From the NCBI GenBank assembly GCA_963664395.2, contig OY761159.2, positions 3,040,001 through 3,104,000 of the forward strand: a stretch of 64,000 nucleotides of DNA, in the 5' to 3' direction. Origin of the DNA: Candidatus Binatia bacterium. GTDB taxonomy: Bacteria > Desulfobacterota > Binatia > Bin18. Both the position numbers and the translations under genes were made by a program. The notes beneath the pieces are model-generated. The model made no database searches, was not told the origin of the DNA, and saw only the letters and a program-made list of their open reading frames with translations. Numbering within the stretch: the stretch's first letter is position 1; every line of letters begins with the position of its first letter. Shown here piece by piece: positions 9,069 to 18,501 of the stretch.

Positions 9069-10787
9069 TCAGCCGGTCGCCGGACTTCCGAGCGCATTCC
9101 GGATAGCTTCGACCGCCTGGTCTACCGCCACTTCCGTCATTTCCCCAGCCGCGCGTTGCTTTAATTCGATCACCCCGCGGGCCAAGGACTTTCCACCAAT
9201 AGTGGCCCGGAGGGGAATGCCCAATAAGTCAGCGTCCTTAAATTTCACACCTGGCCGCTCTTCCCGGTCGTCAAATAATACGTCTGTCCCGGCCTGCTGG
9301 AGTTTTGCATAGATGTCTTCCGCCGTATTCCGGGTGGTTTCGTCATTCCAGTTGACCGGCACAATATGGATGTCTGCGGGAGCGAGCGGCTGGGGCCAGA
9401 TAATGCCGGCCGCATCATGGTTTTGTTCAATTGCCGCAGCAACGGTCCGGGTAATGCCAATGCCATAACAGCCCATTTCCATGGGATGCTGTTCGCCGTT
9501 GGCGTCCGAATATGTCGCATTCATGGCGCGGCTGTACTTCGTTCCAAGATAAAACGTCTGACCGACTTCGATGCCGCGATGGTCAGTAAATGTCCCGCTC
9601 TTGCAGCGCGGACACGTATCGCCGGCGGTCGCACGACGCAGGTCGGCGAACTGGAGGGAGGGCAGGTCGCGTGCGATATCAAGCCCGGTCAGATGCAGGT
9701 CGCGCTCGTTTGCGCCACACACCAGACCTTTTGCGCCACACAGCGCATGGTCACTCATAACCTGAGCCTTGATATGGAGTGGTCCGGCAAAACCGGTTGG
9801 TGCGCCGGTCGCCTTTTGGACGGTTTCTTCATCCGCCAGTACGACCCACTGACAGCCGAGCAGGTTTTTCAGCTTGGGCTCACTGACCTCATGGTCTCCC
9901 CGTACGAGGGCGGCAACAACGGTGTCCGTATCGGTCACGTACAGCAAGGTTTTGACGAATCGCTCCGGGGGCTCACCCAGGAAGGCCGAGACTTCTTCGA
10001 TGGTCCGTTGGTCCGGTGTCTCGACTCGGGTGAGAGTCGCTCCGCGCGTGGCCGCCGGAGCCGGCGGGGGGCCAAGCTCAGCTTTTTCCACATTGGCGGC
10101 ATAATCACACGAGTCACAACTGACAAGGGCATCCTCACCGGAATCCGCCAGCACCTGGAACTCATGCGACAGACTGCCCCCGATTGCGCCCGTATCCGCC
10201 TCAACCGGACGGTAGGTGAGCCCGCAACGATCAAAGATGCGCCGGTAGGCGTCGTACATATTGCGGTATTCGCGCTGGCAGTCTTCCAGAGTGGTATGAA
10301 AGGAATAGGCGTCTTTCATGATAAACTCACGGCCGCGCATCAAGCCGAAACGGGGCCGGACTTCATCCCGAAACTTGGTCTGGATCTGATACAGATTGAG
10401 CGGCAGGTCCCGGTACGAGCGGACCTCCCGCCGAACAATGTCGGTCACGACCTCCTCATGGGTCGGACCAAAGCAAAAATCCCGGTCGTGTCGATCTTTG
10501 AGGCGCAGCAGCTCCCTGCCATACACATCCCAGCGCCCGCTTTCCTGCCAGAGTTCAGCCGGACAGATTGCCGGCATGAGGATTTCCTGGGCACCCGCGC
10601 GGTTCATTTCCTCGCGCACGATACCTTCGACTTTACGCACGACGCGCAGCCCAAGCGGCAGAAAGTCATACACGCCGCGCGCCACTTGGCGCATCATGCC
10701 GGCGCGCAGTAAGAGTTTATGGCTGATGACTTCGGCCTCAGCCGGATCTTCACGTAAGGTTGGGATGAATGTTTGGCGATAGCGCAC
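9069..10787 (-). CDS. proS: Proline--tRNA ligase (with editing domain)
   Basis: GPTHEE, QIQTKFRDEVRPRFGLMRGREFIMKDAYSF, MGCYGIG, RPGVKFKDADLLG. GTG start at 10787 chosen by family N-terminus. Confidence 0.97.
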   Translation of the reverse strand: MRYRQTFIPTLREDPAEAEVISHKLLLRAGMMRQVARGVYDFLPLGLRVVRKVEGIVREEMNRAGAQEILMPAICPAELWQESGRWDVYGRELLRLKDRHDRDFCFGPTHEEVVTDIVRREVRSYRDLPLNLYQIQTKFRDEVRPRFGLMRGREFIMKDAYSFHTTLEDCQREYRNMYDAYRRIFDRCGLTYRPVEADTGAIGGSLSHEFQVLADSGEDALVSCDSCDYAANVEKAELGPPPAPAATRGATLTRVETPDQRTIEEVSAFLGEPPERFVKTLLYVTDTDTVVAALVRGDHEVSEPKLKNLLGCQWVVLADEETVQKATGAPTGFAGPLHIKAQVMSDHALCGAKGLVCGANERDLHLTGLDIARDLPSLQFADLRRATAGDTCPRCKSGTFTDHRGIEVGQTFYLGTKYSRAMNATYSDANGEQHPMEMGCYGIGITRTVAAAIEQNHDAAGIIWPQPLAPADIHIVPVNWNDETTRNTAEDIYAKLQQAGTDVLFDDREERPGVKFKDADLLGIPLRATIGGKSLARGVIELKQRAAGEMTEVAVDQAVEAIRNALGSPATG

Positions 10788-10960
10788 CCGGACCCCCAAT
10801 GAGCAAAATTGAGCAAAGTTGAAAAAGATTTCGGGGTCAATTAGTCAGCGTGAGGGCCAAGTGTCAAGCCGGGCTCAGTCTTGAGCCCCAACCCCTTTCC
10901 TTTCCTCCACCCAAAAACTATAATTCGCCCGCGATACCTTCCTTTTATTAGGAGCACGGC

Positions 10961-12145
10961 GTGGATTTTGATTATTCCCCACAAGAAGAGTCGTTTCGAC
11001 AGGAACTCCGCTCGTGGCTCGAAGCCAACCCAGCGGATAACTACGATCCGGACACCTTTGAGATTATCGATCAGGAAGAGCGCTTTCAGATCAAATTCGA
11101 CTGGCAGAAGAAGCTGCATGGTGAGGGTTGGGTCGGCATTCATTGGCCCAAGGAGTATGGTGGTCGGGGCGCGACTGTTATGGAGCAGACCATCTACCAG
11201 CAAGAGATGGCGCGGGTGCGAGCGCCCGGACTGGCCAATCCGCTGGGCATTTCGCTGGTCGGCCCGACCTTGATGCACTGGGGAACGGAGGAGCAGAAAG
11301 CGCGTTTTGTGCCCAAGATTCTCAGCGCTGACGAACTGTGGTGCCAGGGCTATTCCGAACCGGGTTCCGGCTCGGACCTGGCCTCGCTCCAGACGCGGGC
11401 GGTTGATGCGGGCGATGACTTTGTCGTGAACGGCCAGAAAGTCTGGACGAGTTTTGCCCACAAAGCGGACTACTGCATTCTCGTGGCTCGGACCGACCCT
11501 GACGCACCCAAGCACAAGGGCCTGTCCTATCTATTGGTGGATATGCACTCGCCTGGGGTGACGGTCCGGCCGCTGGTACAAATCTCTGGTGATGCGGAAT
11601 TTAACGAAGTCTTTTTCGAGGATGTCCGGGTGCCCAAAGCCAATCTGGTCGGCGAACGGAATAACGGCTGGCAGGTCGCGATCACCACGCTCATGTTTGA
11701 GCGGGCGAACTTTGGCATGGTGTACAACCTGGAGCCCATGCTGGACAAACTGAAGGCGTGTATCAAAGACCTGGAGGTCAATGGTCAACCGGCAGCCGAC
11801 GATCCGGATGTCCGACAAAAGCTGGCGGCCTTTCATATTGAAATCCAGGCGCTGAAGTTCAACGGCTATCGGCAGCTGACCCAACAGTTACGTGGCAATC
11901 CGCCGGGACCGGAAGGCTCGATCAGTAAGCTGGCCGGGAGTGAACTCTATCTTCGCATAGCGCATTTTGCGATGGAGTTGCTGGGTCCGTACAGTCAGTG
12001 CGCCTTGGGTGAAGCACAGGGCATCGACAATGGTTTTTGGGCGCGCCGCGCGTTAGGCTCTCGCTTGTACACGATTGCGGGCGGGACGTCGGAGATTATG
12101 CGCAACATTGTTGGTGAGCGCGTCCTGCAGTTGCCAAAGGGGTAA
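10961..12145 (+). CDS. Acyl-CoA dehydrogenase family protein
   Basis: WCQGYSEPGSGSDLASL, NGQKVWTS, TIAGGTSEI. Confidence 0.93.
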   Translation: MDFDYSPQEESFRQELRSWLEANPADNYDPDTFEIIDQEERFQIKFDWQKKLHGEGWVGIHWPKEYGGRGATVMEQTIYQQEMARVRAPGLANPLGISLVGPTLMHWGTEEQKARFVPKILSADELWCQGYSEPGSGSDLASLQTRAVDAGDDFVVNGQKVWTSFAHKADYCILVARTDPDAPKHKGLSYLLVDMHSPGVTVRPLVQISGDAEFNEVFFEDVRVPKANLVGERNNGWQVAITTLMFERANFGMVYNLEPMLDKLKACIKDLEVNGQPAADDPDVRQKLAAFHIEIQALKFNGYRQLTQQLRGNPPGPEGSISKLAGSELYLRIAHFAMELLGPYSQCALGEAQGIDNGFWARRALGSRLYTIAGGTSEIMRNIVGERVLQLPKG

Positions 12146-12155
12146 AGGGGGAATC

Positions 12156-13295
12156 ATGGATTTTGGTTTTAGTGAAGATCAAGAATTGCTGCGCGACTCA
12201 ACCCGAAAATTCCTGGACGCGGAATGCCCAACCACATTCGTGCGCAAGATGATGGAGGATGACCGCGCCCACGCCACAGAATTCTGGAAAAAAGCGGCAG
12301 AGTTGGGCTGGATGGGTATCCTGATTCCCGAGGAGAACGGTGGGATTGGCGGGAGTTTTCTCGACCTCGTTGTCGTGCTGGAAGAGATGGGCAAGTCTCT
12401 CATGCCCGGGCCGTTTTTGGCGACAGTGCTCCTAGGTGGCACGGCGGTACTGGCCGGCGGGTCAGACGAGCAAAAGGACGCCATTCTTCCCAAGGTCGCG
12501 ACGGGTGAATTATTGATGACCGTGGCCCAAGCCGAAAAGAGCGGACGCTATGACGCCGGTGGCATTCGTATGCCGGCAACGGCTCGGGGCGGTGACTTTG
12601 TCCTGTCCGGGGAAAAACTTTTTGTGCCGGACGCGCATGTCGCCGACCAGATTGTGGTTGCCGCGCGGACCGGCTCACACGCTGCTCCGGAAGACGGCAT
12701 TACCCTCTTTCTTGTCGATGCCAAATCACCAGGGGTCGAGATTACTCAACTGAAAACTGTTGATATGACGCGTCGCCAGTGTCATGTCGCTTTTCAGGAT
12801 GTTGCAGTGGCCGGCGCGCACGTCATCGGCGAAGTGGGCCAAGGCTGGCCGATTCTCAAGCGCGTCCTCGATCAAGCCATCGCCGGGCTGTGTACCGAGA
12901 TGGTCGGGACCGGGCAGCAAGCGCTCGATATGGCAGTCGAGTACGCCAAAGAGCGGGTGCAGTTCGGGAAGCCGATTGGCAGCTTTCAGGCCGTCAAACA
13001 CAAATGTGTGGATATGATGGTCCAGGTCGAAAATGCGCGCTCACTGACCTATTACGCGGCCTGGGCGGTCGATGAAAATGTGGCCGAAGCGTCCCAGGCC
13101 GTGCCTATGGCCAAGGCGTATTGCAGTGACATGTGTAAAACCGTGACGAGTGAGGCGATTCAGGTCCACGGCGGCATCGGGTTTACCTGGGAGCACGATA
13201 TGCACTTGTTTTATCGGCGCGGTCTGGCTTCCGAAGCCGCCTTCGGCAGTGCACCAACGCACCGTGAAGTGGTGGCCCAGACCTTGGATTTATAG
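12156..13295 (+). CDS. Acyl-CoA dehydrogenase family protein (probable partner subunit)
   Basis: MDFGFSEDQ start 10 nt after the previous stop; YAKERVQFGKPIGSFQAVKH, QVHGGIGFTWEH. Confidence 0.92.
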   Translation: MDFGFSEDQELLRDSTRKFLDAECPTTFVRKMMEDDRAHATEFWKKAAELGWMGILIPEENGGIGGSFLDLVVVLEEMGKSLMPGPFLATVLLGGTAVLAGGSDEQKDAILPKVATGELLMTVAQAEKSGRYDAGGIRMPATARGGDFVLSGEKLFVPDAHVADQIVVAARTGSHAAPEDGITLFLVDAKSPGVEITQLKTVDMTRRQCHVAFQDVAVAGAHVIGEVGQGWPILKRVLDQAIAGLCTEMVGTGQQALDMAVEYAKERVQFGKPIGSFQAVKHKCVDMMVQVENARSLTYYAAWAVDENVAEASQAVPMAKAYCSDMCKTVTSEAIQVHGGIGFTWEHDMHLFYRRGLASEAAFGSAPTHREVVAQTLDL

Positions 13296-13318
13296 GGGCG
13301 CGGCTCGCTTTGCCTTGT

Positions 13319-13357
13319 CCCCCTCACCCCGGCCCTCTCCCCCCAGGGGAGAAGGAG
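13319..13357. repeat. REP-like palindrome (CCCTCACCC...CCCTCTCCC...GGGAGA family)
   Basis: Intergenic hairpin element; related copies at 51997-52061 and about 54966-54990. Confidence 0.65.
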
Positions 13358-13392
13358 CAGCCCTTTCATAGAGGCATGGCTCGCTCCACCCC

Positions 13393-14307
13393 ATGACTCC
13401 GGCTCTGATCCTCCATGGCGGCGCCGGAGCCGCGATGCCATCAGCACTGCAAGCCGAGCGTCGATCAGGATTGACGGCCGCTTTTGAGGCAGGCTGGGAT
13501 ATTCTTGTTCAGGGCGGGACCGCACTCGATGCGGTTGTGCAAACCACCGTGACCCTCGAAGATCATCCTCTCTTCAACGCCGGCCTTGGCTCGTGTCTGA
13601 CAGAAGACGGGACCGTCGAAGTTGACGCCTCCCTCATGGATGGCTCGACATTTCAGACTGGCGCCGTGGGGGCGGCCAAACATATCAAGAACGCCATCCG
13701 GCTGGCTCGGGCGGTCATGACGGACGGGCGACACGTGTTTCTCGTCGGCCAGGGTGCGGAACGCTTCGCACGCGAGCACGGACTGCCGCAGGCTGCGGCG
13801 GACGAACTGATTACCCCCCGTCAACACCAGCGTTGGCAGGCCCTTCGACTAGGCTCAGGACAGGCGCAACGAACCAACGGCGAACCCGGTACGGTGGGGG
13901 CGGTTGCCTTGGATTCGTCGGGCAGGCTGGCGGCGGCAACCTCAACCGGCGGCGTGTTCGACAAGCGCTCCGGTCGCGTGGGTGACTCCGCCGTCATTGG
14001 AGCCGGGACGTATGCGGACAGCGCACTCGGCGCGTGCTCGGCCACGGGCGATGGCGAGCACATTATTCGGGCGACCCTGGCCCGCACGGCGGTGGAACTG
14101 CTGCACGGCGGGAAAGACCCCGCGCAAGCCGCTCGTACGGCTCTCGCTCGCCTCACCCGCCAGACACAGGGAGAGGCCGGTCTGATTCTGCTCGATCCCT
14201 TTGGCCGGAGCGGCGTTGCGTACACTACGGAATCGATGAGTGTGGCCCTTCGACCCAGCTCAGGACAGGCCCTTCGGGCGGCGGGGCGGCTTGTGGTGCG
14301 GGTGTGA
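13393..14307 (+). CDS. iaaA: Isoaspartyl peptidase/L-asparaginase (Ntn hydrolase)
   Basis: LILHGGAG, LEDHPLFNAG, GTVGAVALD nucleophile, AATSTGG, GRVGDS, SATGDGE. Confidence 0.92.
   Translation: MTPALILHGGAGAAMPSALQAERRSGLTAAFEAGWDILVQGGTALDAVVQTTVTLEDHPLFNAGLGSCLTEDGTVEVDASLMDGSTFQTGAVGAAKHIKNAIRLARAVMTDGRHVFLVGQGAERFAREHGLPQAAADELITPRQHQRWQALRLGSGQAQRTNGEPGTVGAVALDSSGRLAAATSTGGVFDKRSGRVGDSAVIGAGTYADSALGACSATGDGEHIIRATLARTAVELLHGGKDPAQAARTALARLTRQTQGEAGLILLDPFGRSGVAYTTESMSVALRPSSGQALRAAGRLVVRV
13841..13865 (+). repeat. CCCTTCGAC-N3-GCTCAGGACAGGC element inside iaaA (copy 1)
   Basis: Near-identical to the copy at 14246-14270; CAGGC is repeated 24 bp apart. Confidence 0.8.
14246..14270 (+). 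repeat. CCCTTCGAC-N3-GCTCAGGACAGGC element inside iaaA (copy 2)
   Basis: GGCCCTTCG is repeated 24 bp apart, flanking the element. Confidence 0.8.
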
Positions 14308-14382
14308 CAGTGCCCTCCTGACCGCCTCTGGCATTTTCGTTCGCACTAAGGATAAGATGCTCCGTCGCACGGGATGAACCAA

Positions 14383-14428
14383 GAAGAACTCGGAAGAACT
14401 CGGAAGAACTCGGAAGAACTCGGAAGAA
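14383..14428 (+). repeat. 10-bp tandem repeat (GAAGAACTCG) x about 4.6
   Basis: Directly visible; abuts the RBS of the next gene. Confidence 0.95.
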
Positions 14429-14443
14429 AGAGGAGTAGAATCT

Positions 14444-16078
14444 ATGGCAAAAGTTGATGGTAATTCATTGGTTGTCAAATCGCTCAAAGACGAGGGCGTG
14501 GATACTGTTTTCTACATCACTGGCGGACCGATGGTCGATGTGGCCTCCAAATGTATTGAGATTGGTTTCAACTCGGTCGATGTGCGCCACGAGCAGGGGG
14601 CTTCCATGGCGGCCCACGCCTATAGTCGGGTGCTGGGCAAGCCGGGGGTGTGCTTTGCCGCCTCCGGTCCTGGCGTCACGAATCTGATCACCGGTGTGGG
14701 CAATGCCTATCTGGACGCCGTTCCGGTCGTTGCCCTGGGCGGAGCGAGTGCCATTTCCCAGGCCGGCATGGGCGCGTTCCAGGAGATGGATCAGGTCGGC
14801 ATGTTCAAGCCGATCACCAAAATGTCCGAGCGGGTCCAAGACGCGCGGCGCATTCCGGAAATTATTAATAAAGCCTTTCGCGTGGCCACCAGCGGCCAGC
14901 CGGGTCCGGTCTATGTCGATCTGCCGGGCGATGTGCTCTACCGGGTGATTGAAGAAGAAGAGGCGGCGTTTCCCAAGCGGCGCCATCAGGTCCCGCGGGT
15001 GGCTGGCGATCCGGCCTTCATCAAGGAGGCGGTGGCCCTGCTGAAGGGCGCTGAGCGGCCCCTGGTGATTACCGGCACCGGCATCATGTGGTCGGGTGCG
15101 ATGCAGGAACTCCAGGAGTTTGTCGAAACGACCGGCATCCCTTTTTACACCACCCCCCAGGGGCGGGGCGTCATTCCTGAGGATCATGCCCTGAGCTTTC
15201 TGGGCGCGCGCAACCGGGCCTGGAAAGAAGCCGATGTGGTGCTGGTTGTCGGTACGCGCTTCAATTTCATTCTGGGTTTTGGGCAGGCGCCGCGTTTTGC
15301 GGAAGATGTCAAGATGATTCAGGTCGATATCGCGGACGAAGAGATCGGCCGCAACCGCGCGGTTGATGTCGGTATCATGGGTGACGCCAAGGTGGTCTTA
15401 CGCCAACTGATCGACGAGGCCAGCGACTCTTTCAAAGGGCGGGACGAACTGGCCTGGATCGATACGCTGCGCGCTTATGACAAACGCTCTCAGGAAAAGA
15501 TGGAAGCCATCATGAACGCGGACACCTCGCCTATGCACCCCCTCCGGTTGTGTAAAGAGGTCCGGGACTTTATGGACCGCGACGCCATTATTGTCGTTGA
15601 CGGTCATGAGATTCTCAATTTTGCGCGCCAATCGGTGCCGACCAACGCTCCCGGCCACCGGGTCAACGCCGGCCCGAACGGCTGCATGGGCGTGGCCGTG
15701 CCGTTTGGACTCGGGGCAAAAGTAGCCAAACCGGACACGCAGGTCATTGTCCTCAGCGGGGACGGTTCGTTTGGTATGAACGGCATGGAAATCGACACTA
15801 TGGTACGCAAGAACATCCCGGCCATTATCGTGATTAGTAATAATGGCGGCTGGGCCGGCGCGGGGGTGATGACCGCCGGACGCGACCTGGGCTTCAGCCG
15901 GTATGATGAGATGGCCAAGGTTTTTGGTGCGCACGGCGAGTTTGTTGAAAGGCCGGAAGACATTCGGCCGGCACTCGAACGCGCGGTTGCCTCGGGCAAG
16001 CCGGCGGTTGTCAATGTGGTGACCGATCCCACTGCACGCTCTTCGACGCAGTCGTTTGCCGCCTACCGGGCGATTTAA
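14444..16078 (+). CDS. Thiamine diphosphate-dependent enzyme (2-hydroxyacyl-CoA lyase/oxalyl-CoA decarboxylase/ALS-like)
   Basis: DVRHEQGA, GPGVTN, GAFQEMDQ, GDGSFG...ISNN. Confidence 0.9.
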   Translation: MAKVDGNSLVVKSLKDEGVDTVFYITGGPMVDVASKCIEIGFNSVDVRHEQGASMAAHAYSRVLGKPGVCFAASGPGVTNLITGVGNAYLDAVPVVALGGASAISQAGMGAFQEMDQVGMFKPITKMSERVQDARRIPEIINKAFRVATSGQPGPVYVDLPGDVLYRVIEEEEAAFPKRRHQVPRVAGDPAFIKEAVALLKGAERPLVITGTGIMWSGAMQELQEFVETTGIPFYTTPQGRGVIPEDHALSFLGARNRAWKEADVVLVVGTRFNFILGFGQAPRFAEDVKMIQVDIADEEIGRNRAVDVGIMGDAKVVLRQLIDEASDSFKGRDELAWIDTLRAYDKRSQEKMEAIMNADTSPMHPLRLCKEVRDFMDRDAIIVVDGHEILNFARQSVPTNAPGHRVNAGPNGCMGVAVPFGLGAKVAKPDTQVIVLSGDGSFGMNGMEIDTMVRKNIPAIIVISNNGGWAGAGVMTAGRDLGFSRYDEMAKVFGAHGEFVERPEDIRPALERAVASGKPAVVNVVTDPTARSSTQSFAAYRAI

Positions 16079-16085
16079 CCCTTGG

Positions 16086-16118
16086 GACACGGGCAGGCTG
16101 CTCAGACCTGCCCGTGTC
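16086..16118. terminator. Hairpin after the ThDP enzyme gene
   Basis: GACACGGGCAGG...CCTGCCCGTGTC, 12-bp stem; no U-tract. Confidence 0.5.
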
Positions 16119-16145
16119 TGTCATCCCTCCGGGACACGTCCGAGC

Positions 16146-16724
16146 ATGTCCACCATCGAAGAAATCCTGACACTCTGGTTTGGTGAAGTCCAAGACGAGC
16201 AGTCATATTTTGAAGAGCGCTCGAAGCTCTGGTTTGCTCAGAATTTGGAATTCGACCGGGAGATTGTCCAACGTTTCCAAGCCGACTATGAGCTGGCCGC
16301 CCAAGGCCAACTCACCCGCTGGACGGAGACAGCGCGGGGCGGGTTAGCGCTTATCCTTGTCCTGGATCAGTTTCCACGCAATATGTTCCGGAACGACCCG
16401 CGCGCCTTTGCGACCGATCAAGTGGCCCAAGGAGTGGCGGAAGACATGATCGCCGCAGGGTTTGACCGGCAGTTGCGTTCGGTCGAGCGCTATTTTGTAT
16501 ATATTCCGTTTATGCACAGCGAACGGCGAGAACATCAGCAGCGCTCCGTGACGCTCTTTCAGCAGCTTGCCGAACAGCGCGCCTATTTTGATACCTCCTA
16601 TGCGGTGAGACATCAGCAGGTGATAGCCCGTTTCGGTCGATTTCCCCACCGCAACAGCGTCCTGGGCCGGGTTTCGACTCCGGCTGAGTTGGCGTTTCTC
16701 AAGCAGCCCGGCTCCTCATTCTAG
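16146..16724 (+). CDS. DUF924 family protein
   Basis: LALILVLDQFPRNMFR, YIPFMHSE, IARFGRFPHRN. Confidence 0.92.
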   Translation: MSTIEEILTLWFGEVQDEQSYFEERSKLWFAQNLEFDREIVQRFQADYELAAQGQLTRWTETARGGLALILVLDQFPRNMFRNDPRAFATDQVAQGVAEDMIAAGFDRQLRSVERYFVYIPFMHSERREHQQRSVTLFQQLAEQRAYFDTSYAVRHQQVIARFGRFPHRNSVLGRVSTPAELAFLKQPGSSF

Positions 16725-16856
16725 GCCGCTGCTTTCTTCGGCTACTCTGCTGGGCATGGGGTGTAGCCTTTTCTCCGAAGGGTGGATATTCTGCCCCCCT
16801 CGCAGCGTGAATCATACGCCGTAGCTATAAATGGTCATCGTGAGGAGTTGAAACGC

Positions 16857-17852
16857 ATGGGCGAAGCCATACACGCGATTGTCATCAACAGGGTTGAGAA
16901 AAAAATATCGTCCGAGCTGAAAGAAATCACTCCGGACGATCTGCCCGAAGGGGATGTGACCGTCAAGGTTGCCTATTCCACGCTGAATTACAAAGACGGC
17001 TTGGCCGTCACCGGGACCGCGCCCATTGCCCGTACCTACCCCATGATAGGCGGGATCGACCTGGCCGGGACGGTCGAGTCCTCCAGTTCGCCCGCCTATC
17101 AGCCTGGAGATAAGGTCTTGATCACCGGCTGGGAACTCAGCATGACCCACGGCGGTGGATATTCCCAGAAACAGCGGGTCAAATCCGAATGGCTGACGCG
17201 CGTGCCTGAAGCCTTCAGCCTCAAACAGGCCATGGCCGTGGGTACGGCCGGCTATACCGCCATGCTGTGCATCCTGGACCTTGAACGCATGGGCGTGACA
17301 CCCGGAGAGAAAGAGGTGATTGTGACCGGTGCCGCGGGTGGCGTCGGCAGTGTCGCGGTCGCGGTGCTGGCCAAGCTTGGCTATACAGTGGCCGCGTCAA
17401 CCGGGCGGCCGGAACTGCGCGATTATCTCACCGACCTGGGAGCCTCCACCATTGTTGAACGGGCAGAACTCGCTGAGCCCTCGGGCCGTCCTCTGGACGC
17501 CGAACGCTGGGCGGGTGGCGTCGATTCCGTAGGTGGACAGACCTTGGCCTCGGTCCTGCGGGGGACCTGTTACGGCGGGGCGGTGGCGGCCTGCGGTCTG
17601 GCCGGCGGGGTTGATCTGCCGACTTCGGTCCTGCCGTTCATCCTGCGTAATGTCAGTTTGATCGGGGTGGACTCAGTGGTGTGTCCGAATCCCAAACGGC
17701 AAACTGCCTGGGATCGTCTCGCTCAGGACCTGCCCCTTGAGAAGCTGGACGCCATGACTGTGGTGGAACCCCTGTCGAAAGTGCTGGAGCTGGCTCCGCA
17801 AATTTTACGCGGGCAGGTCCGTGGCCGCGTGGTCATTGATGTGAATGCCTGA
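16857..17852 (+). CDS. acuI: Acrylyl-CoA reductase AcuI/YhdH family MDR oxidoreductase
   Basis: YSTLNYKDGLA, GIDLAG, GTAGYTAML, VTGAAGGVGS, PFILRNV..GVDSV; RBS GAGGAG. Confidence 0.9.
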   Translation: MGEAIHAIVINRVEKKISSELKEITPDDLPEGDVTVKVAYSTLNYKDGLAVTGTAPIARTYPMIGGIDLAGTVESSSSPAYQPGDKVLITGWELSMTHGGGYSQKQRVKSEWLTRVPEAFSLKQAMAVGTAGYTAMLCILDLERMGVTPGEKEVIVTGAAGGVGSVAVAVLAKLGYTVAASTGRPELRDYLTDLGASTIVERAELAEPSGRPLDAERWAGGVDSVGGQTLASVLRGTCYGGAVAACGLAGGVDLPTSVLPFILRNVSLIGVDSVVCPNPKRQTAWDRLAQDLPLEKLDAMTVVEPLSKVLELAPQILRGQVRGRVVIDVNA

Positions 17853-17875
17853 GCTCGACTGGAAAAGGTAGCAAC

Positions 17876-18382
17876 GTGGCCGTGACCGGTATGAACAACG
17901 GCAATGCCGACGAACGTCTCAGCCTTCCAGCCCGAGACCTGCGCTTCCCCACCGCCCGCTCCCTGGGAGAGCTGTTTATTCGAGAGGGCGTGCATCGTAC
18001 GGATGACTATGCCTTCTGGCAATCCATAGGTCGGGCGCAGGGCAGTATCGCGGTTGAAGCCGACAAAGAACTCCGGCTCAACGTCAACCCGCAAGCGTCA
18101 ACCGATCTCTCATCTTTTCGCGCTGTTCCCGCTCACGCCATTCAATATCTGCAACTCTCGGCCTCGCGGGTGAATAATGAAAGTCTGGCTCATTTAGCCC
18201 ACCTGACCGGCCTGCGCGTGCTGTGGCTGTACGACACGCGCATCAGCGACGCCGGCCTGGTGCATCTGCAAAGCCTGACCGGACTGCGGGTGCTCAATCT
18301 GCGTAGCACGCTAGCCAGTCGCGGCGGCATCGACGCGCTTCAGGCAAAGCTGCCCAAGTGTGAGTTTCGCCGACCGTGGTGA
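17876..18382 (+). CDS. Small leucine-rich repeat protein
   Basis: LAHLTGLRVLWLYDTRISDAGLVHLQSLTGLRVLNL, 24-aa LRR units; start may be ATG at 17891. Confidence 0.75.
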   Translation: MAVTGMNNGNADERLSLPARDLRFPTARSLGELFIREGVHRTDDYAFWQSIGRAQGSIAVEADKELRLNVNPQASTDLSSFRAVPAHAIQYLQLSASRVNNESLAHLAHLTGLRVLWLYDTRISDAGLVHLQSLTGLRVLNLRSTLASRGGIDALQAKLPKCEFRRPW

Positions 18383-18432
18383 GCCGCCTGATACCTGTTC
18401 CAAAATCCAGTACGTAAAAGAGTCAGAGCTCC

Positions 18433-18488
18433 CTCGGGAATCTGCGGGAATCTGCGGGAGCCGGACCGGATTCCCGCAGATTCCCGAG
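18433..18488. repeat. Inverted repeat built of 10-bp CGGGAATCTG units between convergent genes
   Basis: CTCGGGAATCTGCGGGAATC...GATTCCCGCAGATTCCCGAG. Confidence 0.8.
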
Positions 18489-18501
18489 AGGAGAAAAGAA
18501 C

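Noticed and set aside
9366-10712. 448-aa plus-strand ORF, and similar long ORFs at 2785-3507, 21868-22854, 32457-33587, 52923-54248 and 58321-59502
   Set aside because: They are antisense or alternate-frame shadows of well-supported genes, expected in GC-rich DNA, and show no recognisable motifs.
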